A DNA stretch of 64,000 nucleotides from an uncultured delta proteobacterium (lineage in GTDB: Bacteria > Myxococcota_A > Polyangia > Polyangiales > Polyangiaceae). The DNA lies in the NCBI GenBank assembly GCA_963850305.1, contig CAWKKR010000008.1, positions 96,001 to 160,000 on the forward strand, written 5' to 3'. A program made the position numbers and the translations under genes. A model generated the notes under the pieces. The model ran no database searches. It saw nothing but the letters and a program-made list of their open reading frames with translations, and was not told the origin of the DNA. Below are positions 51,636-61,635 of this stretch, piece by piece; within the stretch, counting starts at the first letter, position 1, and every line of letters begins with the position of its first letter.

Positions 51636-53186
51636 TGCAAACCGGGTGCTCTGGTGACACTTTAGACCGGGTCCCTGGGTGACACTTTTTGGGTGACGGG
51701 TCTGCCTGACGGCGGGCTGACGGCTAATTGCCGCCATGCCGTGGAAGGAAGCCCGGATCGTGGACGAGCGAGTTCGATTCATCGCGGCTGTCGCGGAGGA
51801 CCCGAGGGGAAACTTCACCCGCCTGTGCGCCAGCTTCGGCATCAGCCGGGCGAAGGGCTACAAATGGCTGGAGCGGTACGAGCGGCTAGGCCCGGCGGGG
51901 CTCGAGGACCAAAGGTCGGTCGCGAAGAGCTGCCCGCACCGCACGCCGGATGACGTGGTCGACCGGATCATCACGCTGCGGAAGCGGTTTCCATTCGACG
52001 GTCCCAAGAAGCTGCGCGTCCGGCTCCGAGACATCGATGGTGCTGACTTCGCTCTCCCCGCAGCGAGCACGATCGGTGAGATTCTGGATCGCTACGGGCT
52101 CGTGCGTCCGCGCCGCTCGCGGCTTCGTGTTCCGCCGAGCACGGAGCCCTTGGCCCACGCCGAGCTGCCCAACGACGTCTGGTGCACGGACTTCAAGGGG
52201 CACTTCGCTTGCGGCGATGGCACCCGCTGCCACCCGTTGACCATCACCGACGCGATGAGCCGGTACCTCGTCAAATGCGAGGGGCTACCCGGTGAGAAAG
52301 AAGGACCGGTGCGTGAGCAGTTCGAGCTCGCGTTCCGCGAGTTCGGAGTGCCCCGTCGCATTCGCTCGGACAACGGGTCGCCGTTCGCCAGCAAGGCTTT
52401 AGGCGGACTTTCCCGCCTCAGCATGTGGTGGATTCAGCTCGGCATCGTGCCCGAGCGCATCGAGCCAGGGCAACCGCAACAGAATGGTCGTCACGAGCGC
52501 ATGCACAAGACGCTCAAGGAGCAGACCGCCAATCCACCGGCTGCAACGCCGATTGATCAGCAACGCGCCTTCGATCGCTTTCGCGCCGACTACAACGACC
52601 ATCGTCCGCACGAAGCGCTCGGCCTCACGCCGCCTGCGCGACACTACGAGCCGTCGCTGCGTCCCATGCCGGAGCGTTTGCGAGCTCCCGCTTACGGCGA
52701 CGATTTCGACGTGCGGCGAGTTAACACAAGCGGGGTTCTGAAGTTCAAGGGCAAGCAGCTGACCGTCAGCACACTCTTCACCGATCAGCCGCTCGGTCTT
52801 CAGCGGGTCGACGAGGAAGAGTGGGACCTTCACTACGGCCCGGTGCTCCTCGGTCATGTTCTCCTGCGCAACGGCGAGCTGCGACTCGAGCGGCCGTAGC
52901 CCAGAGCTCAGCCGCCCCCCTCCATCTACCGCGTCCGTCTCTCGCTCCCGGACTGCGCTTCCGTCGCCTCCGGCTCCGTCAGCCCGAACCCGGATTGCGC
53001 CCGGATAGCGTCTTCGCTCGCTGAGGCTTTGTCTCTTCGCGATCGGTCCGTGTCGTTGCGCTTCCCGGTCTGTGTCTTAGAGGCACCCGGTTTACGTCCC
53101 CACAGCACCGAATCTGTGATTGAACAGAGCCGGACCTGTAACCAAGGGTCCCGGTCTATTCCGTCACCCAGGCACCCGGTCGCTCA
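51636..53186 (+). mobile_element. IS481-family insertion sequence (about 1.55 kb)
   Basis: About 50-bp imperfect TIRs (TGCAAACCGGGTGCTCTGGTGACACTTTAGACCGGGTCCC vs reverse complement TGAGCGACCGGGTGCCTGGGTGACGGAATAGACCGGGACCC). CGCG on both flanks is a probable TSD; left end uncertain by 1-2 nt. Confidence 0.88.
51736..52899 (+). CDS. IS481-family DDE transposase
   Basis: MPWKE, HTH GISR.KGYKW..RY, WCTDFKG, IRSDNGSPF, PQQNGRHERMHKTLK, YNDHRPHEAL; intact frame. Confidence 0.95.
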   Translation: MPWKEARIVDERVRFIAAVAEDPRGNFTRLCASFGISRAKGYKWLERYERLGPAGLEDQRSVAKSCPHRTPDDVVDRIITLRKRFPFDGPKKLRVRLRDIDGADFALPAASTIGEILDRYGLVRPRRSRLRVPPSTEPLAHAELPNDVWCTDFKGHFACGDGTRCHPLTITDAMSRYLVKCEGLPGEKEGPVREQFELAFREFGVPRRIRSDNGSPFASKALGGLSRLSMWWIQLGIVPERIEPGQPQQNGRHERMHKTLKEQTANPPAATPIDQQRAFDRFRADYNDHRPHEALGLTPPARHYEPSLRPMPERLRAPAYGDDFDVRRVNTSGVLKFKGKQLTVSTLFTDQPLGLQRVDEEEWDLHYGPVLLGHVLLRNGELRLERP

Positions 53187-53474
53187 CGCGTCCGTCCTCG
53201 CCGCGGACGCGTCCGTCCTGAGCGAGACTATCGCCGTCCTCGCCGCGGACGCGTCCATCCTCGCCGCGGACGCGTCCGTCCTCGCCGCGGACGCGTCCGT
53301 CCTCGCCGCGGACGCGTCCATCCTGAGCGAGACTATCGCCGTCCTCGCCGCGGACGCGTCCGTCCTCGCCGCGGACGCGTCCGTCCTCGCCGCGGACGCG
53401 TCCGTCCTCGCCGCGGACGCGTCCATCCTCGACGAGATCATGGTCGTGAGCGGCGAAATGCCCGTCATCCTCGA
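53187..53474. repeat. 21-bp tandem array, right part
   Basis: 13 units starting 53202 through 53454; variant CGAGACTATCGCCGTCCTCGC at 53223 and 53328. Confidence 0.92.
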
Positions 53475-53648
53475 GTCCGTGTCGCCTGGGGACACTCGCC
53501 GTGGTCGTCATCTATACGTTTTTCCTGAAGACCCCCGCGGTCCGTCAATCGCATGGACGGCGCGAGCTAGCTTGAGGCGTTGGCGAGAGCGCTGGCACCT
53601 GCCGGGATCCATTGACGCCGCGACGCCGCCGGGTCACTGAGCGAAGCC

Positions 53649-53969
53649 GTGGGCTTCCTCGAGGTGCGGGCACGACGCTGGCTGGCGGTCATCGCGGCGG
53701 CGGTGCTCGTCGCGGCGTGCGGCTCTTCCGACACCCACAAAAAGGTGCACCCGCTCCTGCCCGACAGTGGCATCCGTATCGGCGACGGTGGCGTATTCCC
53801 CGACGCTTCCACGGCGCGATTCGGATCGTCGGGCTCCTCGGGTGGAACCGTCATGAGAGGCGGCGGTTACATCCTCTTCGGCGAGACCGGAGAAGTTCCC
53901 GGCACGAGCGGACTCAGCACCAACCCCCATTACAAGATGGTCGGCGGACTCCTGGGGCGAACCAACTGA
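53649..53969 (+). CDS. Small hypothetical lipoprotein upstream of the collagen gene
   Basis: Lipobox VAAC; stop 8 nt before the collagen ATG. Confidence 0.6.
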   Translation: MGFLEVRARRWLAVIAAAVLVAACGSSDTHKKVHPLLPDSGIRIGDGGVFPDASTARFGSSGSSGGTVMRGGGYILFGETGEVPGTSGLSTNPHYKMVGGLLGRTN

Positions 53970-53977
53970 GAGCAACG

Positions 53978-55756
53978 ATGGCCAAGCGACGAACCCTCCA
54001 TCTCACGCTTCTAACCGCACTCCCGCTGTTGCTCGGAGCGCTCAACGCAACGGCGTCGCCCGCGCCCCCGTACTTGACGCACCAGGGGCGGCTCTTCACG
54101 TCGACCGGCACCCCGGTGAACGGCACGGTGAAGTTCGTCTTCAGCATCTACGCGAACCCGGGCGGCGCGGATGGCGGCACCGACGACCTGCTGTGGCAAG
54201 AGACGCACAATCTCACCCTCGACGACGGGTATTTCTCGACCGTCCTCGGCCAGACGACGCCCATCCCGGACACGCTCTTCGACGGTTCGGTTCGATACCT
54301 CGGCATCTCGATCGAAGACGAGCCGGAGCTGTCGCCGCGTGAGGAACTCGCGAGCGTACCGTACGCACTGAACGCCGCGAACGCGACCGGCGACATCACG
54401 CCGCACACCGTGACCATTGGCGGCCAGGTCGTCATCGACGACAAGGGAAACTGGGTTGGTCCTCAGTCAGGATTGGTTGGGCCCCAGGGACCCGCGGGCG
54501 GTGCGGGGACGGCAGGCGCGCAGGGAGCCACAGGGGCACAAGGCCCCCAGGGCGCGCAGGGGATCGGTACGCAGGGGCCCCAAGGCCCACAGGGGATCGG
54601 TACGCAAGGGCCCCAAGGCCCACAGGGGATCGGCGCGCAAGGGCCCCAAGGCCCACAGGGCGTCGGTACGCAGGGGCCCCAGGGCGTCCTCGGCGCCGCG
54701 GGATCGCAGGGCGCAACGGGATCGCAGGGCGCAACGGGATCGCAGGGCGCGACGGGATCGCAGGGCGCAACGGGATCGCAGGGCGCGACGGGATCGCAGG
54801 GCGCGACGGGATCGCAGGGCGCAACGGGCTTGGCCGGCGCACAAGGGCCACAGGGCCTCACCGGGGCGCAAGGGCCGCAGGGCTTGGCCGGGACGCAAGG
54901 GCCGCAGGGCCTCTCGGGCGCTCAAGGGCTACAGGGCCTGGCCGGCGTGCAAGGGCCGCAAGGGCTAACGGGCACGCCGGGCGCACAGGGTTCTCCGGGA
55001 ACTCCAGGCTCCACGGGCGCGCAAGGAGCGGCGGGCGCGCAGGGACCGACGGGCGCGCAAGGAGCAGCGGGCACGCCGGGGGCGCAAGGTTCCGCCGGCG
55101 CCAAGGGGGCGCAAGGAGCAGCGGGCGCGCAGGGGCTTGCTGGTGCACAAGGGCCGCAAGGCGCGGTGGGGGTGCAAGGGCCTCAAGGGAACAACGGCGC
55201 CCAGGGCTCGATGGGTCCACAAGGCAGCGTTGGATCGCAAGGCGCCAAGGGCGCGCAAGGCGCGCAAGGTTCTGCGGGCGCGCAGGGCGCACAAGGCGTT
55301 GGCGTCCAGGGTCCGCAGGGGACGCAAGGCACGAAGGGCGCTCAAGGTGCCCAAGGAGCAGCGGGAACCCTCGCTCAGTACGTGAACGAGTCTGCCACTC
55401 AGATCGGCGTCCAATCCGACACCACGACCCCAGTCGCATTGGCCTCGGTCACGCAGACCCTCAAAGTCGGTGAGGTCGTGGACATCACCGGCATCGCCGA
55501 AGTCGCTGGCCAATACGAGGGTTCGGCGTCCGGTTACGTGAGTATTTGCTGGACGGACCCGAGCAACAACGCGCACTCGTCGATGCCGTTTTATTTCTAC
55601 GACGAATATTCGCAAGACTCGAATATCGTGCCCGCGAGCTACTCCTTCACGGTCGCGACGGCTGGATCGTATACGATTTCGGTCTGCGGCTCGACCCAGC
55701 TCTATGATCAGTTCGTCGCCAACGCGAGCTCCGTCAAGGTGATCGTCGGAGACTAG
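53978..55756 (+). CDS. Secreted collagen-like protein (N-terminal domain, about 100 Gly-X-Y triplets, C-terminal beta-rich domain)
   Basis: Signal peptide; THQGRL...FSIY...[25 protein letters not shown] triplets at about 54470-55372. Confidence 0.92.
   Translation: MAKRRTLHLTLLTALPLLLGALNATASPAPPYLTHQGRLFTSTGTPVNGTVKFVFSIYANPGGADGGTDDLLWQETHNLTLDDGYFSTVLGQTTPIPDTLFDGSVRYLGISIEDEPELSPREELASVPYALNAANATGDITPHTVTIGGQVVIDDKGNWVGPQSGLVGPQGPAGGAGTAGAQGATGAQGPQGAQGIGTQGPQGPQGIGTQGPQGPQGIGAQGPQGPQGVGTQGPQGVLGAAGSQGATGSQGATGSQGATGSQGATGSQGATGSQGATGSQGATGLAGAQGPQGLTGAQGPQGLAGTQGPQGLSGAQGLQGLAGVQGPQGLTGTPGAQGSPGTPGSTGAQGAAGAQGPTGAQGAAGTPGAQGSAGAKGAQGAAGAQGLAGAQGPQGAVGVQGPQGNNGAQGSMGPQGSVGSQGAKGAQGAQGSAGAQGAQGVGVQGPQGTQGTKGAQGAQGAAGTLAQYVNESATQIGVQSDTTTPVALASVTQTLKVGEVVDITGIAEVAGQYEGSASGYVSICWTDPSNNAHSSMPFYFYDEYSQDSNIVPASYSFTVATAGSYTISVCGSTQLYDQFVANASSVKVIVGD
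54701..54826 (+). repeat. 18-bp coding tandem repeat x7 (GSQGAT)
   Basis: GGATCGCAGGGCGCRACG repeated seven times inside the collagen gene. Confidence 0.9.
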
Positions 55757-56690
55757 AGGGCTCCGCCACGGGCGGCGGCGGGGGAGCCGGATTCGGAACC
55801 GGCGCGACGGCAAACCGGGCTTCGAGGCTCGCGATCCGCGGGTCGTCGGGTGCGAGTCTCTTCAGCTCCGCGAGCTGATGAGCCGCCTCTTCGCGGAAGC
55901 CGGAGGAGAGAGTGAGGATGACGAGATTGTAGCGAGCATCCAGATGGCGAGGGTTCTCGCGTAGCACGGAGAGGTAGCCTTCTCGCGCCGGCCCGTAGTG
56001 ACCGAGACGCTGGTCGCACAGGGCAATGTCATAGAGCGCCGCGACGTCGGCGGGCTCCGTTTCGAGGATGCGCGTGAACGCGTCTCGAGCGACTTGGATT
56101 TCGCCCCGGTCGAGCGCGAGAAGGCCGACCAGGAGATGCGCGGGACCCCCGCGCCCCGCAGCCACGGCGGCGCTCGCCAGTCTCGAGGCGGCTCGGGCAT
56201 CGTGGCGCGCCCAGGCAAGGTGCGCGATGGCGTACGCAGCGTAGGGGTCGGACGGCTTGATTCGCAGGACGGCGCGTGCCTTCGACTCGGCTCCGGGGTC
56301 GCCCGCGCGGGCGTCAATCTCCGCTTCTTGCCCGGCGAGCGTTTCGGCGCAGTTGACCGCCGCCGACGGAAGCAGTCGCCGAGCGTCATCGACGAGCGAG
56401 GCGTCGAGTGCTTCGCGAATCGCGACCTTCGCGCAGCTGCACTGCTCCGATACGACGCCGTGGCACCACTCGCGCACGCGACCGACAGACGTCGCGCGCT
56501 TCTGGCCGACCAGCTTCGCGACGAGCATCCGAAGCTCCGCCGGGTCGGCCGGCGGAGGGACCTTCGGAGTTGCACTGCGCAGCAGGAGAAAGACGACGGC
56601 CGCGCCGACCAGCGCGCCGAGACCGACGAGAGCCACGACGACCGTACGCCGGGGGCGGGATGACGAGGCTGCAACGGGGGGCGAGGTCAC
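55734..56690 (-). CDS. Membrane-anchored tetratricopeptide-repeat protein
   Basis: N-terminal TM helix; TPR-like AHLLVG, ALYDIA, ARYNL; start uncertain. Confidence 0.75.
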   Translation of the reverse strand: MTSPPVAASSSRPRRTVVVALVGLGALVGAAVVFLLLRSATPKVPPPADPAELRMLVAKLVGQKRATSVGRVREWCHGVVSEQCSCAKVAIREALDASLVDDARRLLPSAAVNCAETLAGQEAEIDARAGDPGAESKARAVLRIKPSDPYAAYAIAHLAWARHDARAASRLASAAVAAGRGGPAHLLVGLLALDRGEIQVARDAFTRILETEPADVAALYDIALCDQRLGHYGPAREGYLSVLRENPRHLDARYNLVILTLSSGFREEAAHQLAELKRLAPDDPRIASLEARFAVAPVPNPAPPPPPVAEPSSLRRSP

Positions 56691-56786
56691 GTCGGTGGAG
56701 CGTACAGCGGATAGGCGCTGGAATTCAGCCGGTCCGTGACGGAATGCGAGCGATTCTGGGATACCCTCGTCATCGAGGTCTCTTCC

Positions 56787-58037
56787 TTGAAAGCGAGCGT
56801 CTTCACCCCCACGCATCGCCCGGATTACCTGGTCGCGGTCTACCGGGCGCTCGCGCGCCAGTCCCTTCGCGACTTCGAGTGGGTTCTCGTCCCGAACGGA
56901 CCGAGTGCGGCGTTGCCGGAGGAGATCCTTCGCGACCGGCGGGTGAAAGTCGCGGTGGCCCCGGCGACCCTGGACGGCAAGATCGGCGCTCTCAAGCGCT
57001 TCGCATGCTCCGCTTGCTCGGGCGACGTTCTCGTCGAGCTCGATCATGACGATCTGCTCACCGAGCGCGCCCTCGAACGGGTCGTGGACGGGGTGCGCGA
57101 CGGCGCGGGCTTCGTGTACTCGGATTTCGCCAACTTCCTGCCCGATGGTAGCTGTCAGACCTACGACCCGCGCTTCGGATGGACCCAGCGCGAAGAGGCG
57201 ATCGACGGCCGAACCTACAGCGTGATGGAAGCCTTCGAGTGCAACGCTCGGTCGCTCTATGAGATCTTCTTCAGTCCGAACCACGTGCGGGCCTGGACCC
57301 GCGACGCGTACGCGCAAGCCGGCGGTCACGACGCGACGCTCGAGGTCTGCGACGACCACGATCTCGTCTGTCGCACGTACCTGACGGGGACGGCGATGCG
57401 TCGCATCCCGGAATGTCTCTATCTGTATCGCCTTCAGGAGGGCGACCGAAACTCCTACCTGGAACGCAACGCGCTCATCCAGGCGACCCAGCTGGAGGTC
57501 GGCAATCGACACTTCTATCGGCTCGCCGACGAGTGGTGCCGGCGAGAAGGGCTTCCGCGCTGGGACCTCGGGGGCCGTCTCGGCTGCCCCGAGGGGTATC
57601 GCTCCATCGATCTGGCCGACGCGGATCTCATTCACGACGTCACGAAGGGGCTGCCGTTCGAGGATTCGTCGGTCGGCATCATCCGCGCGTACGATCTGCT
57701 GGAACACATTCCGCCGCCGCACGTCGTGCCATTGATGAACGAGATCCACCGCGTCCTCGCGCCCGGCGGCTGGTTGCTCTCGCGCACCCCATCGACCGAC
57801 GGGCGCGGCGCGTTTCAGGATCCGACGCACGTGAGTTTCTGGAACCAGAACTCGTTCTGGTACTACACGAAGAAGGAACTCGCCGTGTACGTTCCGGCGG
57901 TGAAATGCCGGTTCCAGGGAACGAGGGTCTGGACGGAGTTTCCTTCCGACTGGCACCGGGCAAACCAGATCCCGTACGTCTATGCCGATCTGTGTGCACT
58001 CAAAGGGCAGCGGCAACCAGGCCTTCAGGAGATCTGA
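56787..58037 (+). CDS. Glycosyltransferase family 2 fused to a class I SAM-methyltransferase-like domain
   Basis: SVFTPTH, FEWVLV, ELDHDDLL (DxD), VYSD, GGHD...CDDHDL; then LPFEDSSV..IRAYDLLEHI, EIHRVLAPGG, QDPTH. Confidence 0.88.
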   Translation: MKASVFTPTHRPDYLVAVYRALARQSLRDFEWVLVPNGPSAALPEEILRDRRVKVAVAPATLDGKIGALKRFACSACSGDVLVELDHDDLLTERALERVVDGVRDGAGFVYSDFANFLPDGSCQTYDPRFGWTQREEAIDGRTYSVMEAFECNARSLYEIFFSPNHVRAWTRDAYAQAGGHDATLEVCDDHDLVCRTYLTGTAMRRIPECLYLYRLQEGDRNSYLERNALIQATQLEVGNRHFYRLADEWCRREGLPRWDLGGRLGCPEGYRSIDLADADLIHDVTKGLPFEDSSVGIIRAYDLLEHIPPPHVVPLMNEIHRVLAPGGWLLSRTPSTDGRGAFQDPTHVSFWNQNSFWYYTKKELAVYVPAVKCRFQGTRVWTEFPSDWHRANQIPYVYADLCALKGQRQPGLQEI

Positions 58038-58107
58038 TGCCGCCCGGCGAAGATCGACGGGAGCATCGCCCGGTGCCCATTCCTCGGGGGCGGCGACGAG
58101 GGCTCGC

Positions 58108-59146
58108 ATGACGGCGGACGAAGTCCTGGCGGGGTTCGGGGGGTCGCCCGACTTTCACGTGCACCAGGTGGACCTCGTGGCCGAGACCGCCCTGGTCGTC
58201 GCACACGACGCGGAGACGTACCGGACAGCAAGCTTTCTGGACGGTCGCGCACTCGTCCCGGGCACGCACGCCGTCTGGATTCCGTTGTCGCTTCTCGCAA
58301 GGGCGGCCAGCGCGGTTCGCTCGCGCCCCTTACACTTCGTCTGGCACACGGGGCACGTCGGTTCCACGTTGCTCAGCCGGCTATTGGGAGAAGTGAACGG
58401 CGTCCTTTCTCTCCGCGAGCCGCTCCCGCTCCGCGGACTCGCGGACGCGGCCGACGCGCTCGGGGGCGTACACTCTCTGCTCGAATCCATCGCGCTTCGA
58501 GAGCCTCCTCGCGACGCTGTGTAACTCGTGGGCGCGCGGTTACACCGACACGCGCTGCGTGGTCGTCAAGGCAACGAGCACGGCCGCGCGGATCGCCTCG
58601 CGCCTCTTGCAGCAGTTGCACGCGGCCCGATCCGTATACCTCAACGTTCGTCTCGAGCCCTATCTCGCGACTTCCCTCTCGCGAAGACCCCTCGATCTCC
58701 GGAGCCATGGCCCCGAGCGCATCCGCCGGCTGCAATCGAGGCTCACGATACCCCTCGAGCCCCTCTGGTCCATGTCCGTCGGGGAACTCGCGGCCCTTTC
58801 CTGGCTGACCGAGACGTTGACCGAGCGTGACGTGACGAGAGCGTTCGGCCAGCGAGTCCTTGCGATTGATTTCGAGGCGATGCTCGCAGACGTTCACGGC
58901 ACGATGGCAACGGTGCTCGATCACCTCGCACTGTCCCCCGACGAGGACTACCTTTCCCGCGTCGAGAGCAGCCACGTGCTCACGCGACACTCGAAGTCTA
59001 CCGACATGCCTTATTCGAAAGCCGTGCGGGACACGATTCTCGACGACTCCCGGGCGCGGAATCGAGACGAGATTCGCAAGGGAACGACCTGGCTCGACTG
59101 CCTTGCGCGGCTGGAGCCCTCGGTCGCCGACGTGCTGCGCACGTGA
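58108..59146 (+). CDS. Sulfotransferase-like (P-loop) protein, frameshift near 58490-58520
   Basis: SFLDGR, WHTGHVGSTLLSRLL, LREP.PLR, then VVKATS...HSK in another frame. Confidence 0.6.
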
Positions 59147-59288
59147 CGGTCGGGCCTCGCCGGGCGCACGAGCGCACGCCATCGATGAGCCCGACGACCC
59201 GCTACTTCCGTGGGCTCGGATGCAATCGCGAAACGTGGGCGCACGCGTGTTATCGTTCTGCCCCTCTCGAGCTACCACACGGTGGAAC

Positions 59289-59960
59289 ATGCGACTTCTC
59301 GTTGCTGATGTCATCGGCGCCCCGGTGCGCACCGCGCTTCTCGAGGCCGTTCGCGGCGCCGAATTCGTCGATGGGCGCATCTCCGCTCACGGAGCTGCGC
59401 GGGACGCCAAGAACGCGCTCCAGCTCCCGCGAGGATCCGCAGTCGGAGAAACTGCGGGCGAGAATCTACAGCGTGCGCTCTTCGCGTCGACTGACTTCGT
59501 CGGCGCAGTTCAGCCGCTGCGCATGGTGAAGCCCCAGCTGATGCGCTACGACGCCGGGATGGCCTATGGCCCGCATTACGACGCGCCCGTGTTCATGGAC
59601 TGGCCCCGAGTCCGTGCCGACGTCGCCGTCACGGTCTTTCTGAACGAGCCCGACGAGTACGATGGTGGTGCCCTCGTCATCGAGACGAACGAGGGACGGG
59701 TGTCCTGTCGCGGCGCGGCAGGTTCGGCACTCGTATACTCGGGCGGCCAGCGCCACTCCGTGGAGCCCGTCACGCGCGGGACGCGATTCGTCGCGGTCAC
59801 CTGGGTCCAGAGCCTGGTGCGGAACGCCGAACAGCGGGCCCTGCTTCATCGCCTCGTCCGCACGATGGCCGGCCTCGAACGGCGCGGCGCCGCGCCTGAG
59901 GAGCTCGAATCCCTGCGAGAGGTACACGCGCAGCTCCTTCGGGGCTGGGCGGAGACGTGA
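59289..59960 (+). CDS. PKHD-type Fe(II)/2-oxoglutarate hydroxylase (YbiX/PiuC-like)
   Basis: FVDGR.SA...AKN, YG.HYDA, RADV..TVFLNEPDEYDGG.L, H.VEPVTRG.R...VTWVQSLVR, LLRGWAE. Confidence 0.9.
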   Translation: MRLLVADVIGAPVRTALLEAVRGAEFVDGRISAHGAARDAKNALQLPRGSAVGETAGENLQRALFASTDFVGAVQPLRMVKPQLMRYDAGMAYGPHYDAPVFMDWPRVRADVAVTVFLNEPDEYDGGALVIETNEGRVSCRGAAGSALVYSGGQRHSVEPVTRGTRFVAVTWVQSLVRNAEQRALLHRLVRTMAGLERRGAAPEELESLREVHAQLLRGWAET

Positions 59961-59976
59961 GCTCGACCAACGCCCG

Positions 59977-60765
59977 ATGTTCATCCTGACGGGCTCGAAG
60001 CAATCCGGAACCGCGCTCTGGATGCAGATCTTGATCGCGGCAGGGTATCCTCCGTTCGGTGAAGACGTGGCGCTGGAATCGGCGCAACGACCGTCCGACG
60101 CGAACGCCGACAGACGGTTCGAAGCGTCGTTGCGTCACGGGATCAACTTCACGACGAACCCGAGCCCCACGACGGGCCAGTATGTCTTTCCGGAGCAGCT
60201 CGCGCGACACGTCGCGGAGATTTTTCCATTCGGCGTGGCACGCACGGAGCGCGCGTATGTCGGCAAGGTCGTGGCGACCCTCCGCCCGCTCCGCGAGTAC
60301 GTGCACGCCATGCGTCGATTGCACGCGCTCGAGGACGTGACGCGCGAAGCACCGGAGCCAGCGCGGCTGGATCCTTCGCTCGAGTGGTGGGCGGAGAACT
60401 ATGCGCTCGTCCGAGACGCATCGATTCGCCGGTATCCCATCCGCTTCGAGACCGTCGATCGGCTGCTCCGGGACCCCGAGCAGGTCATCTCCGACGTCGT
60501 GGGCTGGCTCGGCGCGGGAGACGCGGTGCGCGCCGCAAACGTCGTGAAGCCCGAACGCCCCACCTTCGACGTCGCGAACGACGTCTCGCTCCCGGCGGAC
60601 CTCGTCGTGCTCTGCGACGAACTCTACGCCGCGCTCGGTCGGAACCACGCGGTCACGGGCTCACTCCTGGCTGAACTGAACGCGGCGCAAGGGGCGCTCC
60701 TGCCGGTGCTCCGTGCCGAGGACGCGCGCCTGATGCGGGCGCGTGCGAGCGCCAGAGCAGGCTGA
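59977..60765 (+). CDS. Sulfotransferase-like protein
   Basis: N-terminal ILTGSKQSGTALWMQIL resembling a PAPS loop; LRP; DRLLRDPEQVI..V..WLG. Confidence 0.65.
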   Translation: MFILTGSKQSGTALWMQILIAAGYPPFGEDVALESAQRPSDANADRRFEASLRHGINFTTNPSPTTGQYVFPEQLARHVAEIFPFGVARTERAYVGKVVATLRPLREYVHAMRRLHALEDVTREAPEPARLDPSLEWWAENYALVRDASIRRYPIRFETVDRLLRDPEQVISDVVGWLGAGDAVRAANVVKPERPTFDVANDVSLPADLVVLCDELYAALGRNHAVTGSLLAELNAAQGALLPVLRAEDARLMRARASARAG

Positions 60766-60852
60766 GATCACTCGGATTTCTCCCGCGACCGCGGATCGCA
60801 CGGGCGCCTCGCGCGGTTCCGGATAGAATCATGGGAACCTTAGGGAGATCCC

Positions 60853-61498
60853 ATGCGTCACTTGGCAATCTGCGGCGTGCTGTGCCTCCTCGCGGGCTGC
60901 GGCGGACAGACAGGCATCGACGACGGCCTCGACGGACTTCACGGCGGCGGCAGCGGCGGGTCGGAACTGACGGCCGCTGGCGGCTCCGGCACGGGCGCCG
61001 GAACATCCGCGAGGGGGCGGCGGCAGTGCAGACCGCGGCACCGGCGGCACGGTCGCGGGTGACGAGTGCACGAGCAACGATCAGTGCGCGACGCCCGCCC
61101 TCTGTAAGGTCTGTTCTGGAGGCGGTTCATCCTGCGCGCAAGGAGAATGCGTGAACGGCACTTGCAGCACCTACTTCCCGCCCTGCGGCGTGCCCGCGAG
61201 TGGCGGCGCGTCCGGCGCGGGCGGTGATCCGGGCGCCGGCGGTGCCGCGACGGGCGGCGCGACGAGCAGCAGTCCATGCACTGTGAATTCGGATTGTCCC
61301 GACCACGAGATCTGCGGCTTCCCAACCGCGGATGCCTGCGCGGCGAAAGGGAGCTGCTTCCCCGCGCCCGGGGTCGAATGCAACGCAATCGTCCTCGGCT
61401 GCGCGTGCGATGGCGGCATGGTCAACCTGGCGTGCAACGGCTTGCCCGGCGGCTACGCGCCCAAGCCCGTGTTGCATTCCGGGGCGTGCACGAACTGA
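60853..61498 (+). CDS. Gly-rich/Cys-rich lipoprotein, frameshifted near 61015-61070
   Basis: GGGAG RBS, lipobox LAGC; Cys-rich modules continue in the 61151..61498 frame. Confidence 0.65.
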
Positions 61499-61635
61499 CG
61501 GCATCGAGCCGTCCGTGCTCCGGAGGCGAGTGCTCATCGGAGTCGTCGAGCGCCCCGCTTTCCTAGTACACCGGCGGCTCTATCTCGTCCCTGATCTCGC
61601 GCTTGAAGGCGAGATCCGTGACGAAGTGCGTCGGG

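Noticed and set aside
51540..53432. CRISPR or REP array flanking the transposase
   Set aside because: Units are head-to-tail with no unique spacers, and the transposase is DDE/IS481, not a RAYT or Cas protein.
53978..55756. Prophage tail fibre
   Set aside because: It has a Sec signal peptide, and no capsid, terminase, tail or integrase genes are nearby.
55734..58109. 791-aa minus-strand ORF and similar long overlapping ORFs (e.g. 10404-12197, 28728-31256, 38602-40239)
   Set aside because: Shadow or alternate-frame ORFs typical of high-GC DNA. Only the 55734-56690 TPR part of this one looks genuine.
59289..59960. Definite collagen prolyl-4-hydroxylase
   Set aside because: The sequence fits the YbiX/PiuC PKHD type and the collagen has few Y-position prolines, so the substrate is left open.
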